Source: Trichoplax adhaerens (Eukaryota > Animalia > Placozoa). Taken from it: a DNA stretch of 64,000 nt. The DNA is taken from assembly GCF_000150275.1 (NCBI RefSeq), contig NW_002060952.1, positions 1,796,313 to 1,860,312 of the forward strand. The letters run 5' to 3'. Of the stretch, positions 47,906-62,410 are shown piece after piece. The notes below the pieces were generated by a model that ran no database searches, was not told where the DNA came from, and saw only the letters and a program-made list of their open reading frames with translations. Numbering within the stretch: position 1 is the first letter of the stretch; every line of letters begins with the position of its first letter. The translations under genes and the position numbers were made by a program.

Positions 47906-50900
47906 TATTTCGAAAACTACGATTTATGCATAAACTTTTGATTTCCTAAGTATAAAATCTACTATACGGTACTTCTCCATGCCTATTTGTACCGATTTTA
48001 ATTTACTATCTTAGGTGTCCGTAAGACTTATTCTTCTAATAGTTTGGGATTGTTAAATGCATCATTCTATAGCTATATCTTAGGATGAATCAATAATTTT
48101 CTATCTTGCAAAAGAATAATAATATTAAAATTTTCTTTCCAAGTTGGCAAAGCAAATCTATATCAGTAGATCATACAAATAGATGATTTTTAAGTTATCC
48201 AACAAATGCTTTAATTAAGAAGTTTGAAGTATACTAAATATTAATAAAGTGAAACTTAAAATATGAATCAAACGATGCCCATAGTCTGCTTTATCATAAC
48301 TTTACAGTACTTTATTCCGGAATGTAAAATACTATGTTTTCCTATAGGCTTTTTATCTTTGCAGTTGAGTTGTTAAAAGCTTAAATCTTGCCTTAGTGCA
48401 AATTAATGGTAATAATGACCAAGGATCTACAGTAAATGATTCTTAGTAATTCCAATGCAATACTAGATTTAAACGATAAACTACTAAAACAAGAATAATG
48501 TATTGTGAACAACTAAAAAATTTCTTTCCACCACAATGTTATATTTAAACAATACCGGTATTTAACATATAAGCGAGTGAAATAGCGCAGTATTCACACA
48601 CTGTTGTCTCAACTATTCAATGGTCTAAGTTCTTACTCCGAAATAATTGCATTATTCACATATATTATAATCAAGATATCTTGTTTATTTCAGAAATACA
48701 GCTGAAAATCGATATCCTGATAGCTAAAATGAGGCGATAGCAAGAATGAAATAAACAGGATCAAAATTCTTAGCTATCATCTCTGAAATAATGTTCCGGA
48801 CAAGATTTAAATATCAGTAGGAATAAGGATATCATTCCATTTCTAACTGGGAGATTTCCGTCTCTTTGTCACAAAGACACTTCAAAAAATTGCAACACAC
48901 TGTGCAAATCTAGACTACTGGATTACGTCTTCGCTTAAATTTGGATACTATCCATGTTTTCAGTAAATTTAATTTACCACTGAGGAACCAATGAACTACA
49001 CAATTTCGACTATTTCCCGATATTTTTGATTAAATTTTTATTAACTAATTTCTTGTAATTTTTTTTTCCTGTGCTTATAGCACGCAATGATATGACGTTT
49101 ATTAAACCACAACCGGTATAACACTATCCTTAATTCTGATTTCTTCGAAAGATATTTTATTTAAGGTAGATAGTGCAAGCAAGTTACTGCTCAAATTCTT
49201 AAGTAGTAATAAAAATTTCTTTAGCTTTACTTTCTCTCAAGAATAGAACTTTCATTTTTCAAGCTAGATATCTTAAATATTGCTTTGTATTTCCTGCAAA
49301 TGTTAAGATTGCTTGGAGATTATCAGTAATACTATATGTTACCATTTTAAATTGAGGTTGTTATCAATCTTGAACATGCACTGTTACCCTTTCATTTCAC
49401 TAGATATTTAACGCTGTGCAAGACTAGTGTATCATTGCATAATTCTTATCATACAAAGCTAATGTAACATTATTTCAAGTCAAAAGAATCATGAATCATA
49501 AATAAACTACATTCTACTTTAACATCAATCACAAGCTTTACTTAATAGTTCATATTTTAATTTACATACTCTATCTTATACTGTACATAAAATGAGATAT
49601 CAATTCATTAAAATCGGGAAGATTTTAAGCGTTTAATAAAGAAATGATAATATGATGTACGAATAAGATGCCTCTTTTTAAGTAAACTAAAGCTGCAGAC
49701 TACCCTATCTAGTATGGTAAAATTATATTTACCTTCCTCACCCTAGCTGATTTCCAGTGCTAAGGCGTATACTTCAGATCTATTTGATTCCAAAAATATC
49801 AACTTGCGATAATAACATTATGATAGAATTAAGCGATGATAAGGATGCAATCTCAGTTAAAGGATGGATGAAAGCTACGTATTACGGCACTAAAGTATTT
49901 CATGGCTATTGAAATAAGATCTGACTAGTCTCCATAGTCTGTATTAAAATTGAAACTAAAGGCAAAATAATTTATAATGTAGTACATAACGGTTGCTCCT
50001 ATACATTAGCCGATTATATTTATACAAATAGATTTTATTAATGGGTTATGGTCGTCTGCATTCTATTTATATAAATTTTATGCTGCTAATTGTATAGAAA
50101 GTTCAACACCTGCATCGAACATAATATTAGACTACTTTTCATATCCCACAGGATTTGATCATAAGCATGCGCTCTAGCAGAATAGTCATTTTTTAATTAG
50201 AACCTTGACCTTAGCACATTCCGTTATAAAGTTATCTATTTATAAGTAATTAATACAGCTGAAGAATTAATTAGAAATCAAGACGAATGGAAGAAGCTTT
50301 TCACATCTGTAAGAAACCATCCTTGGTATATGTTGCTTGCGACTAATTTTAATTAATGAATTCGTTATTAATTTTATTAAAATTTCATTACATTACTGCT
50401 GAAATACAATTTTTAGGGATGTATAATTATTGAGATAGAAATACTTTAACACAAAGGTAAATGTACTTTTGTTATAAAAAACAATCTATTCTAAAGTATG
50501 GACTGGTTACGTAAGGTAAAGTCTAATGTTAATAAATAGTACGGTATCAAAAACATATTAAGATAGCGCTGGTGAAAAGAAAACGAATTTGTTAAAAAAA
50601 TTAATTCTCAGTTTAATCACTGTAGATTAAAAATTACAGCATGGATTACTGTACACTACCCTAGCAACAGTTAGCAGCTGCGTAAGATATTTCACTTAGG
50701 GGCATATGTTGTCGTTTTCCTACAGATGATAACCCATCTGTGGCTACCTTACCTTTTTCTAAAAGTAAGCGAAAAGTACAGTAATAATCTGATTACAAGT
50801 CATACTGCATCCTGGAATATTGATAAAATGATTCATTACTAGAGTCTGAAGTTTGGAAAAGAAACCAACAATACTGTATAGGATTAAGATCATCTTACGT

Positions 50901-53514
50901 CTGAAACACACCAAAAATCTCAAAATTGACATAGAGTATTTTAATCATACGAACTATGCGGTAGACTGACGACTGTAATGACGTAAACGGAAGTCAAGGA
51001 AAGAAATTATATTAAAGGATACCATTCAATTAGGATTACAGTATAGCCTGTCTGCTATGAGTGCTGATTTAGGCGATCAATGACGTAGTAAGAAGATTAT
51101 ATTAATTAAGCGAGTAAAATGATGTAAAATGAACATGTTATTAGTAGTAGAAATCAGTAATAATGCTGAGTTAAATGTTCAATTTCATAGAAAGTTTATA
51201 GCACTTTTGGAATTGAAATAGGGCTCAACGCATAGATATCGAATAATAATGACCATAGACATTTTAATTTCCGTATAAGATAGAAAAATAAAATTGAAAT
51301 ACAAGTGAATAGTAATGCAATAACTATATTATTTTTTGTGTTTTATAAAAGAGGTAAATAAAATTTCTTTAGTAATTAATGTATGAGTGCCATTTTATCA
51401 TGCATTCTTTTGGATTAAATAAGATGAAAGGGCTACTTCAGTAATTGTCTACTAACTATAAAGTAAATCATTATCATATATATTTCAATAGAAGAGATAA
51501 CTGAAATTCGAGTTATTCTTGTAATTGGCAGCAATTACAAGTAATTCCAATCGCATCAGTGAGATAAACTACAAAATAAATTATGCTAAGGATTACCAAA
51601 ACATTTTCTACCTTTCTTATTCCTTTGCATGGTGTAAATTATAGATTAAATTTTGTGTTAAAATATGAAACAATAAAATTTATACAGACTGTGGTTTTAA
51701 TTGCAATATATGATTACCCTTGAAGCTTAATACTCTTTCAAGGCTTCATAATTTAAAAAATTAATAAATCTTCATTATGATAACGTTTGTATTATCATGA
51801 CTAAAGAAAGCAATTAGGAAGAAGGTTATATTAAATACAATATTAGTGGACAATGATAATATATAATTTATGATTTACATACAGTAGTACTTATTGCAAC
51901 TCATATTTCTAATTTCCTTCAAGTCGAGATCGGATCTTAGACAAATAGAAATCATTTCCATATTATGCAAGAGAAAAATTTAAAAAGCGACCAAAAAGAG
52001 TAAACGATTATATTTTCATAACTTGATGCCCTTGGATTTTCGTCCAATTATTTGCCCATAGCGATCATGCTATCCTGTACTGTTAGTTTGTAATAAAACA
52101 CCAAGTCGATTGCTTATTCAGCAATCAATTTTTCAATAGGGAATTTACTTTACGCATTCTTAAAATCTTATTTAGTGAAGACCTTCCTTGATGAAACCGG
52201 TAGGCAGGCAAGAAGTTCTTTTTGTCCGTAATTACCGAGTGCAATAGATAGATAACATTATCACAGTAAATTTAGTGAATTATTTATTTATCAAGGTTAC
52301 TCTCTTGCCTCTAAGGTGCTCTTACTTAAAATTTAGTGATGAAAATGATTACTAACTATCCTAAGTCTGGTAAACTTGACTTCGTTTTCATTTAATTCCC
52401 ACAATAAATAATTCTTACATTACCATTGAAAATATTTTAGGAAATTAAAATTACATTCTAGCAATTAGAAACTTGATCAAGCACCTGATATTAAAGTAAT
52501 AATTATTTAATGAGTTCATTTGCTTCTGAAATTATTCAAATATTAGCTGATGGAATTTCTACTTCCGTTACTTTTAGTGATTCTAACTGTTTTCTATCAA
52601 TGAAATATTTAATGATTTCCGTTACAATTTTAACCTTACTATAACATCCTATTATGATAGAATTGTTAAGTTAAACTCAGTTATTAATTATGTTATATCC
52701 ATTTACGTAAATCTCATCTTGTTAGCCTCTCTAGTCTATTATTTTACGTAATCCCTGTCGATTTACCCCAAATAGACTTTACAAAATCATTCAACAGACA
52801 TAAGAAATATTGGCGAATATATAGAAATAGTTCTTTAATACTTCAGTTATCATGTGTATGACGAAATCCAGGACATTAGAATAAATTAAGATTTGAATAT
52901 CAGTGAAAGAGAGTCAGAATTGACGCCACATGCGACTTTTTGTAGAAAAACATGAATCTACAGGGATACATATTATTGAATAAGGCATTCCTTCTGTTGT
53001 AACCATTGTTACCTCCTAAACAATATATAGTCATTACTGAATACTATCCACTTTCAATGTAATCAACAAACTAGCGTGATAAATAACATTCGTCTTTTGT
53101 ACTACAATCTAGTCATCATTCAATTATACGAATATGTCATTAAAATTGGACAATAGTGGCAATATTTCAATTAAACAATAGTTTTCTTAAGAATAAGACC
53201 ATGTGGGTAACTTCGTTGTGTATCGCCTCAGGTAACTGAAGTTGTTTATTTGTCAATTTAAAAGTACTAATATATACTAAGATTAACACCCAGATATCAT
53301 CAGTTTATGATTTATAATTTTCATTGGCAATCATTTTAGGGTTAGTTATCCAAGAAAGCTTACATGATTTAGACATTAATATACTTCATCACTTAATCAT
53401 TTTACTTCATTGAAATCCATTTCAAGGACAAGACTACAAATCAAGGATATTTTACTCTATGCTTATCATTATATTAGTAGGTATACATTACTAACTAACT
53501 ATTCAAATTCATAG

Positions 53515-53539
53515 ATATATGTATATATATATATATATG
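53515..53539. repeat. (TA)n microsatellite upstream of GPCR4
   Basis: gatatatgtatatatatatatatatg. Confidence 0.8.
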
Positions 53540-53679
53540 AACACATACATAGGAAGATATTGATTTAAGCTATCGAATAACTACGAGCAAATAAAAGAAA
53601 TAGACAAGTAGAATCACAGCTAAGGAAAAGACTGAAAGTTAATTTATTGCCACTTAACCGAATTTTGATAATTGTCGAT

Positions 53680-54966
53680 ATGGCTGACCAATTAACTATT
53701 AACGCTTTCTTGATCATCGCTGTCTTTTATATCATCATGATGGCCGTCTCGATTCCAGCCAACTTATTAATTATTATTGCTACTATCACCGATAAAAAAT
53801 TACGATCGCCAACCAACATGCTGGTATGCAATTTATCAGTAGCTAGTTTAATTATTGCTACTTTACGTATCCCTGTTAAGCTATACGAATTATTGAACCC
53901 GGATGCGAGCTTTCTCTTTCCTAACTCAACAGCTATGTGCCAGTTTCAACAAATTTTACCAGCTTCTTGCGTATTATGTATTTCGATAACTTTAACTACA
54001 ATTTGCGTTGATCGTTTCATGGCAATTATGTATCCAATGAAGCAACACTTAAAAATGACTCTAATTAGGTTATATATCTTTTTACCTTGTAGTTGGATCG
54101 TTGCTTTTGCTTGTTTTATTGCTTATGCTTCTTATGCAACACTGTTTCCTTATAAAGGCAATATTTATTGCGTACCAGTGTATCCAAAAGGTCAAAACGA
54201 TATTATTATACATGAAACTACCGCCAACGAAACATATCCTCGAACGATTGAAGCAACCAAGATAGCGATATGGAGTTTATTTATACCTTTTGCTTTTCTA
54301 ATCCCCTCAATTATCATGAGCACACTCTATATCCGTCTTGTGTTACATCTATGGTCTGGTAAAGGTCCAAGCGATGAAACACATACTATTGCACTAAGGG
54401 ATCAAATTAAAAGGCTTAAACAAAAACGGCGCGTGATTAAAATCTTAATAGCATGCTGCACCGTTTTTATCGCCACCAATTTACCATACTATATCATCAT
54501 AATGCTTTTAGATATGGGATTTATAACAGTTGCCAATACTAGTATTGTAGTTAATACGCTAATTATGGTTAATTTATCTGCAATTGCCTATAATCCCATC
54601 ATTTATGGCTATTTTAACAAAAGTTTTCGCTACCGTGTCGATGCTATGATACGCAATATGGTTGGCCTGACGCCTCGACGTCGTCGAACTTTCACGGTTA
54701 GTTCCAATACAGCTACCTCACAAGCGCCTAATAACTCTCAACGCTATAGTCCAAGACAACCGGGCAAAACTAACCCGAAAGAAACCTATCTAAAAACTAC
54801 ACCTAGAGAGCCTGCTAAATCATGTATTAGAGAAAATACCAAGCCTAAAGTAACCGAATCAGTTAAAAATACTGAAAGAGCATCCATTGAGACCACTTTA
54901 ACAGAATCTGTTTATTCTTATTCTATTGAATCATTCAGACATTCCAAATATTCTTCGGATGTTTAA
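53680..54966 (+). CDS. Rhodopsin-class GPCR, cluster member 4, with extended Ser/Thr-rich C-tail (428 aa from first ATG)
   Basis: 7TM pattern; IPAN, LRSPTN, CVDRF, YCVPVYP, NLPYY, YNPIIYGYFN. The ATG at 53680 is preferred over the TTG at 53647. Confidence 0.95.
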   Translation: MADQLTINAFLIIAVFYIIMMAVSIPANLLIIIATITDKKLRSPTNMLVCNLSVASLIIATLRIPVKLYELLNPDASFLFPNSTAMCQFQQILPASCVLCISITLTTICVDRFMAIMYPMKQHLKMTLIRLYIFLPCSWIVAFACFIAYASYATLFPYKGNIYCVPVYPKGQNDIIIHETTANETYPRTIEATKIAIWSLFIPFAFLIPSIIMSTLYIRLVLHLWSGKGPSDETHTIALRDQIKRLKQKRRVIKILIACCTVFIATNLPYYIIIMLLDMGFITVANTSIVVNTLIMVNLSAIAYNPIIYGYFNKSFRYRVDAMIRNMVGLTPRRRRTFTVSSNTATSQAPNNSQRYSPRQPGKTNPKETYLKTTPREPAKSCIRENTKPKVTESVKNTERASIETTLTESVYSYSIESFRHSKYSSDV

Positions 54967-56909
54967 CAATACGTTAGTAATGATTCATCAAGTAAAGTTT
55001 AATGCGAGTTAAATTTCGAACTAGACTTCCGTCTAACAAGACTCTACATATCAATCAATATCATCTTGAATCAAAACTAATATTGCTCTTTTGAATTAGA
55101 TTACTTTTTCGCGATCTTGCGACCATAATGTGTACTCATTGCTCACATTTTATCACATTTATTACAGAAAGTCATTTTTGGATGTAACAACATATTTTAA
55201 CAATGATATATAGGCATATGCATAAGTATAAATTTTAATCTTGCAAAGCAACATCGAAGATTGAGCAATCCATTTAGATTTGACACAATGAATAACACAT
55301 AGTATCGTGTTTATACTTGCGAATCATATAAAATCTATATTTTTATACCTCTGATGCTTTATATATTAATAGATTATTCTATAGTATCACAAACTGAAAC
55401 AGTATCGTCTAATTTGAAATTGTTTTTCTGTGCTTTGCATTCATTGACGCATGATAACACCTTATTCAACTAAAAACGATGGATGTATATTGTCAAATTC
55501 AAGTTATACCCATTACCACATCAGGGCATATAATTTTTCAACAATAAATTAAAAATTATGTTACCATTACTAAGCTTTATACTATATAATTTTATAATAG
55601 ATGTATTAACTATGGTATATCTCAAGTTTCATACTCGACGTTACGAAAGTCGAGTAGATATATTATGTACAATCTGTGCCATTACTAAATTAATTTTGTA
55701 AACTTGTCTACCAATACAACATTGACATGGTGATTAGTTTAATTAATAATGGAGACCTTAATCCTTTATTATCAATAATAAAATACTATCATAAACCGAA
55801 TACTATCGAGATCACAATTTTTTTGCGTTATAGGAATTCATCAGTATCGTTATAGCTTTGACGATGGTAATCATTAATTGTAAGAAAACATTTAGGAAAA
55901 GTAATGATAATGTAATTATTAAAAAAATCACAAATTACACTTCTATGATTGAAATTACTCTTCGTAGTTTGCATGCAATTAGAAGCATTTTGTTGGAAGT
56001 CTTCCATACTCTATCTAATTGCTATTTAAAAAATATAATTTACGACGTCATATGCTGTGATGAAGACTATTTCTTAAAAAACAAGCATGAACTTTAGAGC
56101 AAACTATTTACTTGTTGGCTATCATGTAATATTTTTAATAATTATAGTAATTCAATAAATTAACATCACAATAGCGCATTAGTGATATTGTCTAACTTCT
56201 TTTAGTATCAATAAGCTTAAATTCTGCCTTCAATTATATCCTATTCTACGCACTGTGAACAGTCGTATTTTAACTATAACTTCATTAATATTATTGACAT
56301 TTCATTAAATACTAAGTACTTTGACGTAATGAATTTTCATATAAACAAATTATTAGTAAACACATTCATCCAACACTGATCATAACGATAAACACTTTCT
56401 CGTAAATAATTAAATGTATATTGTAAAATACTTCTGGATCTTGTTATTGGTATAAGATCGCATTTATAAGGAACAAAGAGCTTGTTTACGACAGTAATTT
56501 CAAAATAAGATAAAAATTATGTTATTTCAATTTATCGAAACTAGTTCAGTGAAGGTTATAACTAAAAGGACGATGTCTCTGCTTGTAGTGATCGTATAAA
56601 ATCAAGATATACTCATGTTCACTGCTAGTGTAATATTGATACTAACTTAATTACTTATAAATTCATTAAAATAATATTAATAATCGAAAGTCACCCTTGG
56701 TAAATGCGATCATATTCTTGACACTGTCTTTGCGAATCAAAGTTCAATTTTTAAATACTGAAAGATTTTTTTATTTGTAACATTTACCATAGTGGCCCTA
56801 ATTTAATTACCAAAATTTTAGATATCTTTAGTATTTACTCAGTAAGAGCCAAAAATTTAATTAAAGTATTTAAGTTGTACTCCAATTTTTTTATTGGGTG
56901 CGTCATGTA

Positions 56910-56970
56910 GTATTAAAAGTTTCCTGTACTCAATGATTATAAGCATTGAGTACAGGAAACTTTTGAATAC
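56910..56970. repeat. Perfect 21-bp-arm hairpin/palindrome
   Basis: AAAAGTTTCCTGTACTCAATG (56915-56935), loop ATTATAAG, CATTGAGTACAGGAAACTTTT (56944-56964). GTATT/AATAC extends the stem past a 1-nt bulge. Confidence 0.92.
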
Positions 56971-58193
56971 ATTTATGAACATTATAGACTTCGCATCAAT
57001 CGGATAAGTACTAATAATATACTAGGCGTTTTTTATAGACAAATTGCAATAATATGCGGTTACTTGTGGGTGCATTATTCACCTGTAATATAGTTATGTC
57101 TCTAGTGACATCAATTTGCATGTGAATTTTGATGTCATTTAAGCGTTCCAAACAATTATCCTGTAAATGTGCAATAACCTTAATCTTTATGTACAAAAGA
57201 TGTTCTAAAAATGTCTATCAGGATTTAATTTAATAACTCTTACAGTAAATTTTCAATTATAGAGCATTGAAGTTGTAATAAAATTACTATCGAAGTGAAA
57301 TCACTGACAAATGCTTCCTTTCGCATCTATTAAATCTCAAAATAGTTAGAAAAATTAATTGATATTCAAACTGATAATTAATCCTTTCAATGAATTGATC
57401 GAAATTTGTTCAGTTGTTAAAATAATCTCAGCAAGATCTTCCACCTTTTATCTACCTTTCTAATAACGCAATTATCATCAAAAGAAAATTCATAGCTGAT
57501 ATTGTAAACATAAATTTTATTATAATTTCTAAAATTAGTAGTAGTAGCTATCAAAGATTTTAGTTTTAGATATAGATTGCATAGTATCGTAAATATGGAG
57601 TGTTCATATTACTTAAATCATTGTAATCTGTCTTAAGCTCAGCTTGATACGCTTTTTATTAAAAGAATTCTGTTTGGCAATTAAATTTTTTTAATTTTTA
57701 ATGAACTGCAATCTGGAAAGATAGTAAAATAATTTAAATGTACTTATTATGTACAGTATCAGGTAAATGTCTTTTATAGAGCACCTCCGCGTGTACTTGC
57801 ATAAATTTTAGCCGGCAAAGTGATATATGAGTACTGACAAGTGTTGGCATATTACGAATGTTTCGAAACTTGCACAGGACAAAAAACACAAATCCTCCAT
57901 CCATTGTATTAATTATTACACAACTGCGTGTGTCGAAGTAGAAATTATTAATTTAAGTATTAATGATAACTGTTGGCAATAAAAATATTTTAGTTTAACA
58001 ATGTATGAGTTACTAGATACTATATTAGTTTCAGTTAATTCATCTTATTCATAATTTGATAGAAATCTCAAGTAAATCATGCAACAGGCAAGACGAAAGG
58101 AAAAGCGTTCGGGTAATAAACTTATCAATTTGTTATTGCGACTTAATGGGCAAGATAAGATTTGTTACAGTAAAAGCATTCTGTAACTAATCG

Positions 58194-58342
58194 TATATAA
58201 ATCGTGAATTTTGCTGTAATAAGTAGATTGTCAGATAGTCAGATAGTCCTTGGTAGTTAGACGAACCTAACTTCTGTAATAAAGTGAAATTTGCAAGAAA
58301 CTGTAGTTCTTGATTTATTGTTTTGAAGATCACTTTATCACA
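58194..58342. repeat. 149-bp inverted repeat, right copy
   Basis: Reverse complement of 42912-43060 with one mismatch. Confidence 0.95.
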
Positions 58343-61300
58343 GTTACCATTGTAAATTTTTTTAGAACAACTTACATCATGCCGTAGATAATACTGTACA
58401 GGGTTCGGTTCTCATCGAAACTACTCTGATTACGAGAATAAATAAATTACATCAATACTGCTGTAGTAGATGCGCTAAAAGATCTAAATTTCTGAATTTC
58501 AGTTGAAGATTGATTACCAAGTGATCACTTAGGGTTCGAACTCTGAATGTTTATATATCACATACGAAAACTTTAGTGCATGCATAATATAAAACTGATA
58601 TATGGCAACAAACACACAATATATCTTTACGATGTTCAAATACATTGACGAAAAGCATCTGTGTCAAATTGTGAACATAATTATTAATCATCGTAATTTC
58701 TAAATTAGACTGGAGTCCTTTTGGGATACAGTTTAAGATCAGGTCTAGTTGATATAAATATAATAAGAATCTCGATCAAGTTCATTAACTCTTAATGAAG
58801 CAAATTAAATCAGTTAATAAGTAGTTATTTGTGTTATGGTAACCTTTCAGTACGATAACTTAACTTTTTTAATAAACTACCTCAACTTGATAGCTAGCAT
58901 ATTTATAGATCGATCAGTTGTATTTTATAATCATGTACAGTTTGTTAGCTCCGTGGACCATAAATAAGTTAATAAAGGGCCAAGGTAAAAATAAGGAAAT
59001 CTAGTAGTAAAATAAGGCAAATAAGCACTGACTACATTATAGTCCATACTCAGATCAATCATTTCGCGATAGCTGGTGTGTCATACTATTTTAGGGCATA
59101 GAATTTATGGAAAATTGTCCAAACTTTACTTTAACCAATAGTATGGCTAAAAGCAATTAAAGTCTTTAACAAAATTTATTCGCCTATCTTGGATAACTAA
59201 TGAAGCTTATCATAGTTTAACACGTAAATAAAAAAAACATAATTCGATTTAAGAGGAAAGCTTTACTGTTGTATTATGAGAATGAAAATTAAGTCATACT
59301 AAAATTCTATAGCAGCTTTCAATCAAACGAAATACTACGGTTAGCTATATCTATCACAGATTTCTACTTTATGAAGCTGTATCTATTCGGATTATCAGTC
59401 ATTATTGCATAAGATACAGAGATTACTTGGCAGAAATCTATCACCAGATGAACGTAACTTTCTTTAAATTGTCATACATTCAGGAACAACATCACGGAAA
59501 GTAAGTTTTAGACTAATTTATTGCTAATAAGAAAAAGATAATAACCCAAAATTTAGCGATAGGAAATACTGACATAAATACAGTAGCTATTTCAAAACAG
59601 CCTGAATTCAACCTAGAGTTTTATTATAGCGAAGATCAACAAACAAACAGTTTAAGTACATCATTTCGGTACTTGATATCGACAGAATATGTCATCAAGT
59701 GAAGGCCCATTAAACCATTTAATATACGTATTCAATCAAATACTGCCATAGAACCATAAAAATTGAAATGCTTACTAAATCTTTGGCATCACTAATCACT
59801 AACTGCTATCCATACAAAATGAATTCTGAACCATTAATATCGATATGATAGTTGGATTGAAGTGCTTATGTACATCTTACTCTATTGATGAAAAGAATGC
59901 CGATAACGATTGTACCTGTAGTAAATTAAACAAGGATCACATTCATAGATATTATCTTCTAATAGAAATTTTAATCGAAAGTCGTAGCCTACTCTGATCA
60001 CTGACCAGCCTTGAGATAAAAACATGGAGAATCTAAGTATAACATATTTGCCCTTTTAAATATAAAAAATGATCCTAGTTCCAGCAATGTTTTTTCTCTT
60101 AACTTCTTAAATCTATTTATAGAATATCATGACTTTTATTCACCTACAGTTTTCAAATCATAGAAATATTTACCCTGATTAAATACCGTATCTAAGGTGG
60201 AAGTAAACATAGTAAATATCTTCGGTGCCATAGCTTCACAATTGTAAACTTTAGTATCAATATTGAATTTATCTTGATGAAAATATGTAACTAGGATATA
60301 GCATAAAGCTTCTTTAATAAAAGTCGGCCGCTTTAATAGCAATTTATGACGGATTAGGATTCGGATAAGAAATTTTGCTAAACGTTAATTTTTTATGAAT
60401 AAAAGTTAGGCAACAAGGATCTAATTCCTTCCCATAAAAAACCAATTAACAGAACTCAACAAAAACTGAATGAGTCTTATCTACTGCAAAGGACACCTTA
60501 AAATTAAGCCGTAAGAAATAAATAATAGCATAACTGATGTATTTTAAGTCGTTCCTAAGGAGTTTTAAGCGAGTAGCCTATCATCTGTTACTGTCAGCAT
60601 TGTTAATAATTATAATTATTGAAAATTCTTTACGAAATGCAATAAAATTAATTTCCCTCCATTCTTACTGAGACAATGATGTCATTATACTTTAAATTGC
60701 CTAATATTATTTAACCAACTCTTATGAAAAGCATCGTGTCCGTAAGAACAAATTTTGATTATAGTAATGAGTCTGAAAGAATAACTATTTTCGCTAATGC
60801 TTTGATTTTATCACAGTAGTTTTTCAGCCGTATAGTTAATAGGTCACACGTGAAAGCTAGACATTTCAATGCTGATTTGGTAACTAATATTGATATTCTA
60901 TTACGATTATATGATTGCCGTTGCTGGTAATAAAAGGGAAGTATTGACTAATAGTCACCGGACATTGATGATACAACAACGACAGCAACTATGTACTTAG
61001 CAACAATTGCTAAATTCTCTAAATTGTATATATCAATTTTACGGTCAGTGCTTTATGACCGAAAAGAAATAGGATCATTTCTGATAATACTTCACATCTT
61101 TGGCTGTGACTAATGTCTCAAAATAAAGTAAATTAGACAATATTCAATACAATTCAACTTAAACTGAGATTGATCATTTATCCCTGATATAGTACAAGCA
61201 AATAAAATCAAGTATTCATTTCTTCCAACTTATTTGTTGGTTATAAATTAATTCATTGTTTATACTACTTATCAATATTTGTTTTGCCTCCCATCCAAAT

Positions 61301-62410
61301 TATAAACTGTCTACTCGTTCATTACTATATCGGAAATCGATCAGAAAAGCTACCGAAAATGAATGAATTGCTATTGCCATCATTCTATCCTGTCAAATCT
61401 AACTTGGTATAAAATTATTATTTGATAATTTTTTGACATCTTCTTCTATCGATAATTTTTCGATCAATTTTCAATTAAAAATCAATCCAACTTCAATTGA
61501 GGAAAACTGTATCAAAGCTGCTTCATCGTAATTAATGAACAAAAAATGTGGATTGTTTCTTTTCAAACTTCTACTTCAATATTTTTTATTTGCCCTAATG
61601 TTGAATTTTGGCTGCTTTATAGTGAAGTAGATGGCTCCACAGCAAATACAATTTATGCGTATCATTGATCAGAATCAGCGCTATTATAATAGTTTTTTAC
61701 TGCTCTCGGAGTAATTTACCTCAGAGCGACTATGGTGAACAATTAAATTAGTAATTCTAGTAATCCTTTCCCTTTGTGTCATCATGAAGTTGATCTATCG
61801 TTGTATCACTGTTTATAATTCATGTTAATTATTAGAAGTTTGGATATTTAATGACAGTTACAGAAACTTACCAATCATGATATCTCCTCTATTCCATCGT
61901 TGATCTATGATACATATCAAACACATTGTAGTTAAGCGTCGGTGTTATAAATCGCCTGAGGTGAACAACATGTTTACCCCCTCATTCATGATAATATTGA
62001 ATGCATTACTGCCATGTCCTATTTCAATGGAATAGAGAGAACTGCCTACTCCAGACTTAAATTGTTGCTTTCGACAATACTACCATCGCCATCGTCTGAT
62101 TTCCTTTTATCGTAAGGGAACAAAACATCACTAATCAACCATTGTCTCCTTCATCAGGTAACCAATTGATGATTGTAAGGCTGAAGCCGAAGTAAAATAT
62201 AATATGACACAACATTATCCCAAGTTAACATTTAGACATACATCCTACATCACATTGCAAGACAATTGGCTATAGTTATCGTTAGCCATTAGGATAAAGT
62301 CGATCTTGAAACCATTTGAAAGCCTACAAAATCGAGACGGTACGTGAGAGCACGAAGAAAAAAAAGAAAGACGGTGAGAGAAGAGAAAGCTAAAAGATAC
62401 AGGATCAAAT

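Noticed and set aside
40258-60342. Assorted 60-80-aa ORFs in the GPCR spacers
   Set aside because: Many have non-ATG starts, composition is low-complexity and AT-driven, and no motifs are present; expected by chance.
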